A stretch of DNA of 32,000 bases from Candidatus Iainarchaeum sp. (GTDB lineage: Archaea > Iainarchaeota > Iainarchaeia > Iainarchaeales > CSSED10-239), in contig JAQVTI010000004.1 of assembly GCA_028700115.1 (NCBI GenBank), positions 25,585 through 57,584 of the forward strand, written 5' to 3'. Each line of letters opens with the position of its first letter. Position 1 is the first letter of the stretch. The translations under genes were made by a program, and so were the position numbers. The notes beneath the pieces are model-generated. The model had not been told where the DNA came from and searched no databases. It saw nothing but the letters and a program-made list of their open reading frames with translations. This document shows positions 1 to 10,114 of the stretch, piece by piece.

Positions 1-964
1 CAGTAGTAATAATTATTGCAGGTTCTGGGGTTCTTAAAATATCTTTTCTTGTTCTATGATTTGTTATTAATTCAGTTCTATCTAATGCTTTTTTAAAACT
101 TTTTAAATCATTTAAATATTCTTTATGATCTGCAAATATTCTACTTGCTTTTATCCCCATTCCATCTACATATATTGGCGCATTTATTTTATATTTATCT
201 AATAAAGCAATTAATTCTTGTGTTCTTTCAATTGCAAAAGCAGCTAAAATTACTTTGTGACCATTTTCTATGGTTTCTTTTATTTCAGAAATTAATTCTT
301 TTTCTAAATTTTCTCTTGATTTGTGATTTTTATTACCATAAGTTGATTCTGTAATTAATATATCTACTTGTGGGAGATTTCTATCAAATCCTTTAAATAA
401 AGTTGATTTTTCTGATCTTATATCTCCAGTATACATTATTTTTTTACCTTCTGTTTCTAAAATAGAGATAACACTTCCTGAGATATGTCCTGCATCATAA
501 AATGTTAATCTAGAATATTTTGATATTTCTATTGTTTCTCTTAAATTTAAATAAAATGCAGCTTTATTTGCAAATTTAATTTCATCTTTATTAAATGGTG
601 GTTCTTTGTCATCATATTTTGCAATTTTTAAAGTATCAAGCCATAATAAATTAGATAATTCTAAAGTAGCTTCTGTTAAAAAAAGATTTGGATCTCCTTT
701 TTTATATAGAGAAGGTATATCTCCAGAATGATCTAAATGTGCATGACTTAAAATTACTGCATCTAAATGTTCTTTTATTTTTAGAGGTTCTTCTGTATAT
801 TCTTCTTCGATTTTATATTTTTCTGATAAATTTTTATTTTTTTGGTTTTTAAATTTAGGATGTAATTTAAGACCATAATCAAAAAGTATATTTTCATTAT
901 CTGTTTTTATAAGAATACCACTTCTTCCTACTTCTTGACCAGCACCAAGGCATTTTAATTTCAT
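1..964 (-). CDS. Beta-CASP / metallo-beta-lactamase fold RNA-processing exonuclease-like protein (CPSF/YSH1-like), C-terminus cut by window edge
   Basis: Reverse-strand translation from ATG at 964: MKLKCLGAGQEVGRSGILIKTDNENILFDYGLKLHP...HLDAVILSHAHLDHSGDIPSL...YDAGHISGSV...MYTGDIR...ITESTYG. Contains the HxHxDH motif plus GD and ESTYG motifs. Open to position 1. Absent from the supplied ORF track, probably because it is not closed. Confidence 0.88.
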   Translation of the reverse strand, partial: MKLKCLGAGQEVGRSGILIKTDNENILFDYGLKLHPKFKNQKNKNLSEKYKIEEEYTEEPLKIKEHLDAVILSHAHLDHSGDIPSLYKKGDPNLFLTEATLELSNLLWLDTLKIAKYDDKEPPFNKDEIKFANKAAFYLNLRETIEISKYSRLTFYDAGHISGSVISILETEGKKIMYTGDIRSEKSTLFKGFDRNLPQVDILITESTYGNKNHKSRENLEKELISEIKETIENGHKVILAAFAIERTQELIALLDKYKINAPIYVDGMGIKASRIFADHKEYLNDLKSFKKALDRTELITNHRTRKDILRTPEPAIIITT

Positions 965-1196
965 TTGAAATCACTTCCATTTTTATATTTATAATTATTA
1001 ATATATTTAATTTATTTTTTTAATTTATTTTTAAAAATTTAATTTATTATAATAATTTTTAGATTTTAATTTATTATAATTATAGTTTATAATAATATAT
1101 TATTAGTTTATTTTTTATTAATTATATTTATATTTTTAATATATATTCTAAAAGCAAAGTTAATAAATATCTATGTGTATATTATATTTATAATAT

Positions 1197-1838
1197 TTGA
1201 ATATGTGTATATATATGGCTTTTTTAAATTTGAAAGACTCTTTTGATTTTTTAAATAAAAATAATATTAATACTTTAGCTTATACATTAATTTCTTCTAA
1301 AAAAGATTTAAAAAATTTTAAAGAATATCCATATGTTTTAAAATTAAGTTCTTCTTTATTACATAAAACTGAAAAAAAAGTTGTTTTTGTTAATTTAAAT
1401 AATAAAAAAGATTTAGAAAATTCATATGATTCTTTAAAAAAAGTAATTTTTAATGAAAAAATTAAAAAATATGATATTTTATTACAAAAACAAATTCCTG
1501 GAATAGAAATAATTATTGGTATAAAAGAAGATAAACAATTTGGGAAAGTTATTTTGTTTGGTTTTGGTGGTATATTTACAGAAGTTTTTAAAGATTCTTC
1601 AATTAAAATTTTACCTATTTCTAAAAAGGATTTAAATTTTTTATTTTCAGAAACTAAAATTGGGTCTATTTTAGAAAAAGGTTTTAGAAATAAAAAATAT
1701 CCTATTAAAGAACTTAAAGAAATGATTTATAATATTTCAAATCTTGCAATTAAATATAATATTAAAGAATTAGATATAAATCCATTAATAATTAATGAAA
1801 ATGGTTTATATATTGTAGATTCTAGAATATTATTATAA
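1197..1838 (+). CDS. ADP-forming acyl/acetyl-CoA synthetase beta-subunit-like ATP-grasp protein (true start may be ATG 1215)
   Basis: YPYVLKLSSSLLHKTEKK, GIEIIIGIKEDKQFGKVILFGFGGIFTEVFKD, IKELDINPLIINENGLYIVDSRILL match the ATP-grasp_5 signature. Confidence 0.8.
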   Translation: MNMCIYMAFLNLKDSFDFLNKNNINTLAYTLISSKKDLKNFKEYPYVLKLSSSLLHKTEKKVVFVNLNNKKDLENSYDSLKKVIFNEKIKKYDILLQKQIPGIEIIIGIKEDKQFGKVILFGFGGIFTEVFKDSSIKILPISKKDLNFLFSETKIGSILEKGFRNKKYPIKELKEMIYNISNLAIKYNIKELDINPLIINENGLYIVDSRILL

Positions 1839-2220
1839 ATTTAATAATTATTTGTTATAATTTAATTTATTTTTTTAAATAATTATTAAAGATGTTTTTG
1901 TTTTTATTTATTTTTTAAAATTTATCTTTGTTTTTTAAGAATATTTAATTAATTTATTTTTAGTTAATCTTGAAAAAAAAGATTATATTTATAAAAAATT
2001 TTTAGAAAATCTAAAATAAAATTGTAAACTAATTTATTTAATAAAATTAATTTAGTTAATTTATAAAAGTATTTTTTAAATTTAAAACTAAAATTTAGAA
2101 AATATTTTCTAATTTTTTTGATATTTTTTTTGTTTTTGTTGTTTTATTTAAATATAATAATTTTGGTAAAGTAGTAAAAAATATAAAAGAAACGATATAT
2201 AATTATTATATAAATTAAAT

Positions 2221-3144
2221 ATGGTAAAAAATATGCTTTATAATTTAGATATGCATACTCATTTAGGACCAAAAAAAGGGTCTGCAAAAACTTATTGGAA
2301 ATATATAAAAAAATCTAATTTAATTGGAACAGCTATTACTGAATATAATTATTTAAATCCAAAAAAAGCATATTATGATTTATTAGTTAGAAAACCAAAA
2401 GGAATGATTTTAATTCCTGGAATTAAAATTAAAACAGATTCTGGCGAGGTTTTAATTTATTCCCCAGATGATGATATTTATAATTATAGTTTATTATATG
2501 AAGATAATGTGTCTTTAAAAAGATTAATAGATTTTGCAAATAAAAAAAATTATCTAATTTCTATTGCCCACCCATTTGGATTAATATCTAATTCTGCATC
2601 ATATATTTTAGGTTTAGATAAATTAGAAAAATTAATTAAAGATAAAAAAATTGGTGTTGAAGCATATACTGGAACAATTGGTTATTTATATTATTATTTA
2701 TATGATTCTTTCTTTTTAAGAAAAATAAGATCTATTTTAGATTTTTTAGAAATAAAATCTTTTTTTAAAACAATTAAATTATCTAAATTAAGTGAATTTT
2801 TTACACATAAATTAGATCAAAAAAGTTATGATGTTGTATATAGATTTGAAGCAGCAATTAAACTTGGAAAAATTGCAAGTTATGTAACTGCTGGTTCAGG
2901 TAGTTATACTTTAGATGGTATTGGAAGTGGTATCTTAACTATGGATATACCTAAATACATTCTTGAAGAAACAGATTATATTAAACAAAACAAAGATTTA
3001 TTAAATAAAATAAGTAAGAAAAAAATAAAAGCTGTTGGACCTCCTGGGAAATATGATGATGATTTATTTCAGAGATCTACTGCTAGAAAAACAAAAATTA
3101 GAGCCTATAAAGATTTAATGTATCTTACAGAAAGATCTGTTTGA
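2221..3144 (+). CDS. PHP-domain metal-dependent hydrolase
   Basis: LDMHTHLGPKKG at N-terminus, GIKIKTDSGEVLIY, IAHPFG, GVEAYTG, VTAGSGSYTLDGIG. TATA-like ATATATAATT upstream. Confidence 0.72.
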   Translation: MVKNMLYNLDMHTHLGPKKGSAKTYWKYIKKSNLIGTAITEYNYLNPKKAYYDLLVRKPKGMILIPGIKIKTDSGEVLIYSPDDDIYNYSLLYEDNVSLKRLIDFANKKNYLISIAHPFGLISNSASYILGLDKLEKLIKDKKIGVEAYTGTIGYLYYYLYDSFFLRKIRSILDFLEIKSFFKTIKLSKLSEFFTHKLDQKSYDVVYRFEAAIKLGKIASYVTAGSGSYTLDGIGSGILTMDIPKYILEETDYIKQNKDLLNKISKKKIKAVGPPGKYDDDLFQRSTARKTKIRAYKDLMYLTERSV

Positions 3145-3153
3145 TTATTAAAT

Positions 3154-3837
3154 TTATTTTCCAAAATTTCTTTTAATATTTTTAAAATTTTTAATAATTT
3201 TATCTATATCTTTATTATTTATTTCTGGCCATAATTTTTTAAGAAAAACTAATTCTGAATAAATACATTCATATGTTAAAAATCCTGAAAGTCTTTTATA
3301 ATTTCCGGTTCTTACTATAATTTCAGGATCTATAAAATTTTTGTCATAAAGATATTTTGTAAAATTTTCTAAAGTTACTTTTTTAATATTTTTAGATATT
3401 ATTTTATTTACTGCATCAATTATTTCTTGTCTTCCACCATATCCAATACATAAATAAACTGTTAGTCTTGCATTTTTTTTTTTATTTTCAATTTCTTTTA
3501 ATTTTTTTTCTAATTTTTTTGGAATTATATTATAATTTCCTAATATTTTTATATTAATATCATAATTTTTAAATTTATCTTTAACATAAAATTTATCATC
3601 AAAAACTTTTACTAAATAATCTATTTCGTCTTTATTTCTATTTATATTTTCTGTAGATAATAAATAATAGCTAATTTGTTTAATTTCAGGATATTTATTA
3701 TAGATATAAATTGAGTTTTCAATTACTTTATCTGCTCCTTTTGAATATCCTTTATATAAATTAAATATTTTTTTTTTTGCAAATCTTCTATTTCCATCTG
3801 CAATAAAACCAATAGAATTTATTTTATTTTTCTCCAT
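3154..3837 (-). CDS. uppS: Isoprenyl diphosphate synthase, cis-prenyltransferase (UppS-like)
   Basis: IGFIADGNRRFAKK, YLLSTENINR, LCIGYGGRQEIIDAV, EIIVRTGNYKRLSGFLTYECIYSELVFLKKLWPEI. Confidence 0.9.
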   Translation of the reverse strand: MEKNKINSIGFIADGNRRFAKKKIFNLYKGYSKGADKVIENSIYIYNKYPEIKQISYYLLSTENINRNKDEIDYLVKVFDDKFYVKDKFKNYDINIKILGNYNIIPKKLEKKLKEIENKKKNARLTVYLCIGYGGRQEIIDAVNKIISKNIKKVTLENFTKYLYDKNFIDPEIIVRTGNYKRLSGFLTYECIYSELVFLKKLWPEINNKDIDKIIKNFKNIKRNFGK

Positions 3838-3900
3838 AATTAATTCCTTTAAAAATTGTAAAATATAAAATATTTATAATCTATTATATTTATAATTGTT

Positions 3901-4650
3901 TTGTATATTTTTATAAATATGAATTTATTATATTTACCAATAATTATTATAACTATATTAATTTTAATAATAATTTCTATTCAAGATATTAAAAAAAGAG
4001 AAATTAATATATTTTATTTAATTTTTTTAGTGATTTTTAGTATTATTTATTTATGGGTTTTTATTTTTAAAAATGATTTAAATTTATGGTATTCTTATTT
4101 TTATCAATTAATAATTATTTTTGTATTTTTATTAATAATTTTTATATTAGGTAAACTAAGTAAATTTATATATATTGGAGAAGGAGATTTATATACTTTA
4201 TTTGCATTAAGTTTTACAAATATTTTCACTGAATTTTATATTTTAAGTATAATTATTTTATCTTTATTTATAACATTATTAATACCTTTATTTTTATTTA
4301 TATATAATTTATCTACATTTAATTTTCCAAAAAAACATGGTTTTTTTAAATCTATTATTTTAATGTTTTTAGGAATTAATATAAATATTAAAAAATTAAA
4401 TAACTTTTATTATTCTTTAGAAAAATTTTCCTTTAAAAATAATAAATTAAAATATATTATTTCTTTAAAACCAAATATATCTCCTGATAAAGAAATTAAA
4501 CAATTAAAAGCTTTTTCTAAAATACATAATATTAAGACAATATGGGTTTCTCCTTTAGTTCCTTTTGTAGTATCTATTACTTTAGCATATATTTTTATGT
4601 TTATTTTATCTTTTTATAATATTTTTAATATATTTATTTTCTTTTTATAG
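3901..4650 (+). CDS. Type-A24 prepilin/prearchaellin peptidase-like membrane protein (FlaK/PibD/EppA-like)
   Basis: Polytopic. IISIQDIKKREINIFY (DxKxRxI-type Asp motif) and YIGEGDLYTLFAL (GxGD motif). Confidence 0.72.
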   Translation: MYIFINMNLLYLPIIIITILILIIISIQDIKKREINIFYLIFLVIFSIIYLWVFIFKNDLNLWYSYFYQLIIIFVFLLIIFILGKLSKFIYIGEGDLYTLFALSFTNIFTEFYILSIIILSLFITLLIPLFLFIYNLSTFNFPKKHGFFKSIILMFLGININIKKLNNFYYSLEKFSFKNNKLKYIISLKPNISPDKEIKQLKAFSKIHNIKTIWVSPLVPFVVSITLAYIFMFILSFYNIFNIFIFFL

Positions 4651-4767
4651 TTTTTTTTATTTTTAATAATTATTTTTAATAAGTTTAATTATAAACAAAA
4701 AATAGATATACTTTAAAAATTTAATGATTAATCATATAATATATTTAATTTAAAAATATATTTTAAT

Positions 4768-7599
4768 ATGGGTATTTTAGAAAAAATAGATATTATAGAT
4801 AAAAGAAATTCAATATCTACTAAAGATAATGTATCTAAATTATCTTTATTTGATAATATCTCAGAAAAGGATAGAAAAGTATATTCTATGGACTATACTA
4901 TAATTAAACCTTTATCAAAATTAGATGTTATTAATAAAAGTAATTTAGAAGTATCTTTAAAAAAAGATAATATTAATAATTATAATTTACCATTAGTTAT
5001 TCCTTCTGAAAAAATAATTTTTTCTAATAATTTACCATTAGTTATTCCTTCTGAAAAAATTGGTTTCTTAAATTCTAATTTTAAAGAATATATTAGTGTT
5101 TATAATAAATCTTTAAGTAAAAATAATTTTTTAAAAAAAAAAAATAAAAAAGAAAATTTAAATAATAATTATTTTATAACAGAAGAAGAACTTAAATCAA
5201 ATTTAAAATCTATAGCATATTTGTCTTTTTCTAAAGATAAATCTTCTATAAATAAGAAAACAAAATATCATTTTTCTAAAGATAATGTTGTTTCTGGAAT
5301 TAATTTTGATAAAAATAAAATTAAAGTAACAGAAGATATTGATGAGTTATTATCTGAATTAAATAAAAAGGCTTTAAATCTTGATAAAAAAGAAACTTTT
5401 TTAGAAGAATTTTCATTTTTAGAATCTAATCCAAAAGTTAATAAAATATCTTTAGATAATTATAAAATAAAACATCTTTATTCTAAAATAGACCAAATTT
5501 ATGAGAATATGGATAACTTAAATGTATTAGATCAAAGTTCTTTTTCTAAAAAAAATTTTATTAAAAATGATTTAAAAGATAAAAAAACAAATATAGAATC
5601 TAAAATAGGTATTTTTGAAGAAATTAAAGTCCCAGATATTTTTGTAATAAAAGATGATTCTAATAATTTAGAAGAAGTAATATCAAATGAATTTTCTAGT
5701 TATGAAAAGGATATTTCAAAAAAATCTACTATTCCTTTTTTTATATCTAAAGATAATGTATTAGATTTATCTGATGTTGTTTATAATTATATAAATAATT
5801 CTAAAAAAAATGCTTTTAATGATCCATCTAAAAAAATAAATATAAATTTAATATATAATAAAGCATTAAAAGATGATAATTATCTAAAAAATTTACTTTT
5901 AAATACAAAAAATACAACACAAATAAATAAAGAAAATGAAACTTTAAAAAATATTGAAAATAAATCAAAATTTTCTAAAAAGTCATTATTTAAAAATAAT
6001 ATTTTTAAAAAAGACAAATCTTTACAAGTTAATTTAAATGATTCTAATAAAAATTTAAATAATAAAAATTTAAATAATAAAAATTTAAATAATAAAAATA
6101 GATCTCAAAAATCAAATTATAAATTAAAGCCAAAATCAAATATAGATTATATTTTGCCAGTAAATGATTCTTCAAAAAATTTTGTAGTTAATAATTTTGA
6201 AAAGTCTATATCTCAAGATTTAATTTATTCTTTACCAATAAAAAATATAGATTTTTCTCAAAATAAAATTTATGAAAAATATTCTTTAGATGATTTTACT
6301 TTTGTAAATATTTATTTTGATAATTCTATAGGGCTTGTATATGATTTAATACAGCCAGAACTTAATAATAATCAACAAAAGTTATTTAATCAAATAAAAG
6401 ATATGTTTTATAATAATATAGATAAAGATTATTTTTATTTTAAAGGAGATTCTCATAAAATAAAAGAATATATTTCTAAAATATATGATGTTACTTTAAA
6501 TAAATTATCTTTTAAAATTAATTCTTTAGAAAGAAAACTTTTTTTAAAATTTATTCTTAGTGATTTTTCAGGTCTTGGTTTACTTTCAAGTTTATTAGAT
6601 GATTATAAAATTATTGAAATAAGTTGTAGTGGAGAAAATTCTTATTTATATGTGTATCATATAGAATATGGTCTTTTAAAAACAAATATTATATTTGAAG
6701 ATATTTTTAAATTAAATGAATTTGTTTTAAATCTTACAAAAAATATGGGGTTATATATTAGTTCTACAAATCCAATAATTGATGGATATCTCCCAAATGG
6801 TTATAAAGTAGAAGGAATTTATTCTACTGGAGATAGTAGTAGTAGAGGGTCTTCTTTTATTATTAAAAAATACTTGCAAAAATCAATAACTCCATGTGGT
6901 CTTGTAAATATAGGTGTTGGAATAAATGTTATTTTTGCATATTTTTGGCAAGCTATTGAAAATAAATATAAAATAATTATCACTGGAGAAGATGATAGTT
7001 TTATTATATATAATTCTATTGCTTTATTTTTCCCTCAAAAAAGAATTGTAAGTATACAAGATTATGATAAAATAATTTTACCACATAAAGAATGGGTTAA
7101 AAGAAAAGTATCTAAAAATGATGGGATTACAAAAAAAATATTAATTAATCAAACAAATTCTGAAAGACCAAATTATATAATACTTGATGTTTTTCAGAAA
7201 GATTTATTTAATTCTCAATGGTATAATATAGATTTATTTACTTGCCCTAAAAAAATACTTCCAGAAATAATAGAAAATCTAAATTCTGTTAATCAAAAAG
7301 CAATTATAATAGATATTAAGAGAATAAATTTTGGATATAGAGAATTAATAGAATTTAACACAGTTTTAGAAATTAATTCTAATCAAAAAAAAATATTTGA
7401 ATTTATTGTAAAAGATAAAGAATACCATGTAAATTTATTAAATTCTGATTTTAATATTATAGATATTAAAAATAAAGAGAAAGTTATAAATTGGTTATTA
7501 GAATCAAATATTTTTGATTATAAAGATTTTAATAATATTGTAAATGAATATTATATAGATAAAGATAATATTTTAAAAAAACTTGGAGTTGATAAATAA
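4768..7599 (+). CDS. ArlI/VirB11-fold type II/IV secretion ATPase homolog, predicted catalytically dead, with ~500-aa low-complexity N-terminal extension
   Basis: C-terminal half follows the ArlI pattern (DYKIIEISCSGENSYLYVYHIEYGLLKTNIIF; LTKNMGLYISSTNPIIDGYLPNGYKVEG; RGSSFIIKKYLQKSITPCGL; KIIITGEDDSFIIYNSIALFFPQKRIVSIQDYDKIILPHKEWV). Position of GGTASGKTTT is occupied by GEDDSFII; GEVRG position reads LDVFQ. Confidence 0.78.
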   Translation: MGILEKIDIIDKRNSISTKDNVSKLSLFDNISEKDRKVYSMDYTIIKPLSKLDVINKSNLEVSLKKDNINNYNLPLVIPSEKIIFSNNLPLVIPSEKIGFLNSNFKEYISVYNKSLSKNNFLKKKNKKENLNNNYFITEEELKSNLKSIAYLSFSKDKSSINKKTKYHFSKDNVVSGINFDKNKIKVTEDIDELLSELNKKALNLDKKETFLEEFSFLESNPKVNKISLDNYKIKHLYSKIDQIYENMDNLNVLDQSSFSKKNFIKNDLKDKKTNIESKIGIFEEIKVPDIFVIKDDSNNLEEVISNEFSSYEKDISKKSTIPFFISKDNVLDLSDVVYNYINNSKKNAFNDPSKKININLIYNKALKDDNYLKNLLLNTKNTTQINKENETLKNIENKSKFSKKSLFKNNIFKKDKSLQVNLNDSNKNLNNKNLNNKNLNNKNRSQKSNYKLKPKSNIDYILPVNDSSKNFVVNNFEKSISQDLIYSLPIKNIDFSQNKIYEKYSLDDFTFVNIYFDNSIGLVYDLIQPELNNNQQKLFNQIKDMFYNNIDKDYFYFKGDSHKIKEYISKIYDVTLNKLSFKINSLERKLFLKFILSDFSGLGLLSSLLDDYKIIEISCSGENSYLYVYHIEYGLLKTNIIFEDIFKLNEFVLNLTKNMGLYISSTNPIIDGYLPNGYKVEGIYSTGDSSSRGSSFIIKKYLQKSITPCGLVNIGVGINVIFAYFWQAIENKYKIIITGEDDSFIIYNSIALFFPQKRIVSIQDYDKIILPHKEWVKRKVSKNDGITKKILINQTNSERPNYIILDVFQKDLFNSQWYNIDLFTCPKKILPEIIENLNSVNQKAIIIDIKRINFGYRELIEFNTVLEINSNQKKIFEFIVKDKEYHVNLLNSDFNIIDIKNKEKVINWLLESNIFDYKDFNNIVNEYYIDKDNILKKLGVDK

Positions 7600-8447
7600 T
7601 GTTTGGTAAAATATTATCACATATTTCTTTATTTTTATTTAAAGATATATTTATTAAATTACAAGATAATTTTAAAAATTTTTCAAAAGTTCTAAATTAT
7701 ATAAAAGTAAATGAAAATGCAGTATCTTATCTTTCAAATATTTTATTTATTTCTTTATTTTTAGTTATTGTTTTAGAGTTTATCTTTATATTTTTAATGG
7801 TTAAATTAAATATATATTTTAATATATTTAGTTTTTTTATAACTATATTTATATCATTTACAATTGGTTTAATGATTTTCTTAGTACTTTTTAAATTCCC
7901 ATATTATCTTTTAGATATAAAAAAAACAGAACTTGATATTGAATTTGAAAATAGTCTTAAACATTTATCTGTAATTTGTGATAATAAATTAAGTGTTTTA
8001 GATGTTTTAAGAATAATTATATCTATTGAAGATAATTATTTAATTTCTGAAAATACAAAAAAAATAATTACTAATTCTATAGATGATTTAAATTTAAAAA
8101 ATTCATTATTATATATTTCTGAAAATACCTTTTCAGAAATTGAAAAATTTTTTTTAATAAAATTAGTAGATGTTTTAGATAAGAAAGATAATTTAGAAGA
8201 TGTTGTTTTAAATTATTTAAATGAAATAGAATCTTCTAGAAAAGAATTAAGTGAACAAAGAAAAAGTAAAATAAATATTTTATTTCAAGTTAATATATTT
8301 ATTTTTTTAATTATAATAATATTATTAATTATAGTTTTTATAGTTCCAATAACTAATCAAACTATAAGACAATTATTAGGTTTTATTGCAATAATTCTTC
8401 CAATTATTGAATTTATTTTGATTTTAATTCTTTATAATAAAAATTAA
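7599..8447 (+). CDS. ArlJ/TadC-like (T2SF) pilus-assembly platform membrane protein, first copy of cluster A
   Basis: TAATG overlap with the upstream ORF. Architecture: N-terminal TM pair, cytoplasmic helical region (ELDIEFENSLKHLSVICDNKLSVLDVLRIII...), C-terminal TM pair. Confidence 0.6.
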   Translation: MFGKILSHISLFLFKDIFIKLQDNFKNFSKVLNYIKVNENAVSYLSNILFISLFLVIVLEFIFIFLMVKLNIYFNIFSFFITIFISFTIGLMIFLVLFKFPYYLLDIKKTELDIEFENSLKHLSVICDNKLSVLDVLRIIISIEDNYLISENTKKIITNSIDDLNLKNSLLYISENTFSEIEKFFLIKLVDVLDKKDNLEDVVLNYLNEIESSRKELSEQRKSKINILFQVNIFIFLIIIILLIIVFIVPITNQTIRQLLGFIAIILPIIEFILILILYNKN

Positions 8448-8475
8448 AATATTTATTTAAATTTATATAAATTAA

Positions 8476-9612
8476 ATGAGAATTTTTATGGATAAAAAGA
8501 AATTTTTGAAAATAAATACTTTTATTTTAAAAAATGAATATCAATTATTAACTTTATCTGGATTTCTATCTGGGCTTTTAATTTTATTTATTACAAATAA
8601 ATTTTTTTTTAAAAGTGAACTTTATTATTTATTATTCTTTTTTGGAATTATAGTTTCTTTTTTTGGGTTTGTTTTAGAATATTTTATTAAAAAATATAAA
8701 ACTAAATCTTTAGAAAAAGTATTTAGTTATTTTTTATCTGATTTATCTAGAGATTATAAAAAAACAAAAAATCTATCATTATCTTTAATTAATATTTCTA
8801 ATTCAAATGTTTATAAGGGGATAGATAATGATATTAAAAAAATATCTAATAGAGTATCTTGGGGGGATAGTTTTGAAAATTCTTTAAAATGTTTGAATTT
8901 TTCTTTAGATAGTGATATTTTAAATCATACTTTAATATTATTTAATAATTTAAAAAATACTTCACTTTCTTTAGATCAGATTTTTTTAAAAATTTCAAAA
9001 GATATAAATCTCTTTAGAGAAGATAAACAAAAAAAAAGATATTTTAGTCATTTATTTAATTTATCTATTGTGTTTTTTATAGTTTTTATATTTGTTTTAC
9101 TTTATCTAGATATATTAATTGGAAGTAATTTTTTATGGTATAATTATTTAGATTCTATGAATAGAATATTTTTTGATAACTTTATATTATATATTGCAAT
9201 TGTTTTATCTTTTTTTACAGCTTTTGTTATAAGTACTATAAAAGATAATAAATTTGGGGGTTATCTGAAATATATTGGAATTTTTTTTATAATTATTATA
9301 ATTTTATTTCAAATTGTAATTCCAAAACCAGAAGCTCAAGAAGTTTTAATTAGTACTATTAATTATATGAATCTTGAAGATATAGATTATTTTTATTTAG
9401 AAAATATTATATCTATACAATCTTTAAGTTCCAAATATATTTCAGAAAATACAACTGTAGATAGAGTTTATTTTAAACCTTTAGATGTAAATTTGTGTAA
9501 AGATACTTCTTGTTTAGAATATACTATTTTAATTAAAGATGCTTCTTTTTTTAATTTTGAATTAATTAAAGTAGACAAAAATATAATTATTTTATATGAA
9601 TATAATTATTGA
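8476..9612 (+). CDS. ArlJ/TadC-like (T2SF) pilus-assembly platform membrane protein, second copy of cluster A
   Basis: VFSYFLSDLSRDYKKTKNLSLSLINISNSN...ISNRVSWGDSFENSLKCLN...LDQIFLKISKDINLFREDKQKKRY followed by several TM helices. Confidence 0.65.
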   Translation: MRIFMDKKKFLKINTFILKNEYQLLTLSGFLSGLLILFITNKFFFKSELYYLLFFFGIIVSFFGFVLEYFIKKYKTKSLEKVFSYFLSDLSRDYKKTKNLSLSLINISNSNVYKGIDNDIKKISNRVSWGDSFENSLKCLNFSLDSDILNHTLILFNNLKNTSLSLDQIFLKISKDINLFREDKQKKRYFSHLFNLSIVFFIVFIFVLLYLDILIGSNFLWYNYLDSMNRIFFDNFILYIAIVLSFFTAFVISTIKDNKFGGYLKYIGIFFIIIIILFQIVIPKPEAQEVLISTINYMNLEDIDYFYLENIISIQSLSSKYISENTTVDRVYFKPLDVNLCKDTSCLEYTILIKDASFFNFELIKVDKNIIILYEYNY

Positions 9613-9649
9613 ATTTATAAATAAAATTATTTTAAAAAATTGAATTAAT

Positions 9650-9997
9650 ATGATTTATAAAATTGAAAAAAACAAAATTATTTTTAAAAAAATTAAACTC
9701 GCATTAAATCTTGGACAAATGAGAGGCTTAATGTTTTACCCAAGATCTAAATTTAATTTTGCATTAATTTTTGATAGAAGTTATGAAGACAAAATTAATT
9801 CTTCTCTTCATATGTTTTTTGTATTTTTTCCAATTGATGTTTTATTTTTAAATTCTAATAAAGAAATAGTTGATATTAAATTTAATTTTAGACCTTTTAG
9901 ATTTTATATTCCTAAAGAAAAAGCAAGATATGTTATTGAACTTCCTTGTTTAAAAAAAAATAAGCAATTAAAAATTAAACAAAAAGTTAATTGGTGA
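9650..9997 (+). CDS. DUF192 (COG1430-like) family protein
   Basis: MRGLMFYPRSKFNFALIF...HMFFVFFPIDVLFLNSNKEIVDIKFNFRPFRFYIPKEKARYVIELP follows the DUF192 pattern. Confidence 0.72.
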   Translation: MIYKIEKNKIIFKKIKLALNLGQMRGLMFYPRSKFNFALIFDRSYEDKINSSLHMFFVFFPIDVLFLNSNKEIVDIKFNFRPFRFYIPKEKARYVIELPCLKKNKQLKIKQKVNW

Positions 9998-10114
9998 TTT
10001 TATAAGTTTATATAAATCTATTCCATTTTAACATTTTTTAAAATTTTTAAACTTTGCAAAGACTTTTAAATATTTTATATAATATTTTTTTATAAATAGA
10101 GATTTAGATTTATT

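Noticed and set aside
145-354. 69-aa + strand ORF in the track
   Set aside because: Lies antisense to the well-supported beta-CASP/MBL gene, with Phe/Leu-rich composition typical of antisense AT-rich sequence.
1197-1838. Standalone short ATP-grasp ORF considered as a novel truncated enzyme
   Set aside because: Size and motifs match the normal beta subunit of ADP-forming acyl-CoA synthetases; the alpha subunit may simply lie outside the window.
1973-1993. Small hairpin TAATCTT...AAGATTA
   Set aside because: 7-bp A/T-rich stem expected by chance in this composition.
4768-7599. Interpretation of the degenerate ATPase as a decaying pseudogene
   Set aside because: 943 uninterrupted codons, TAATG coupling to the next gene and retained structural motifs argue for selection. 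Not excluded without dN/dS.
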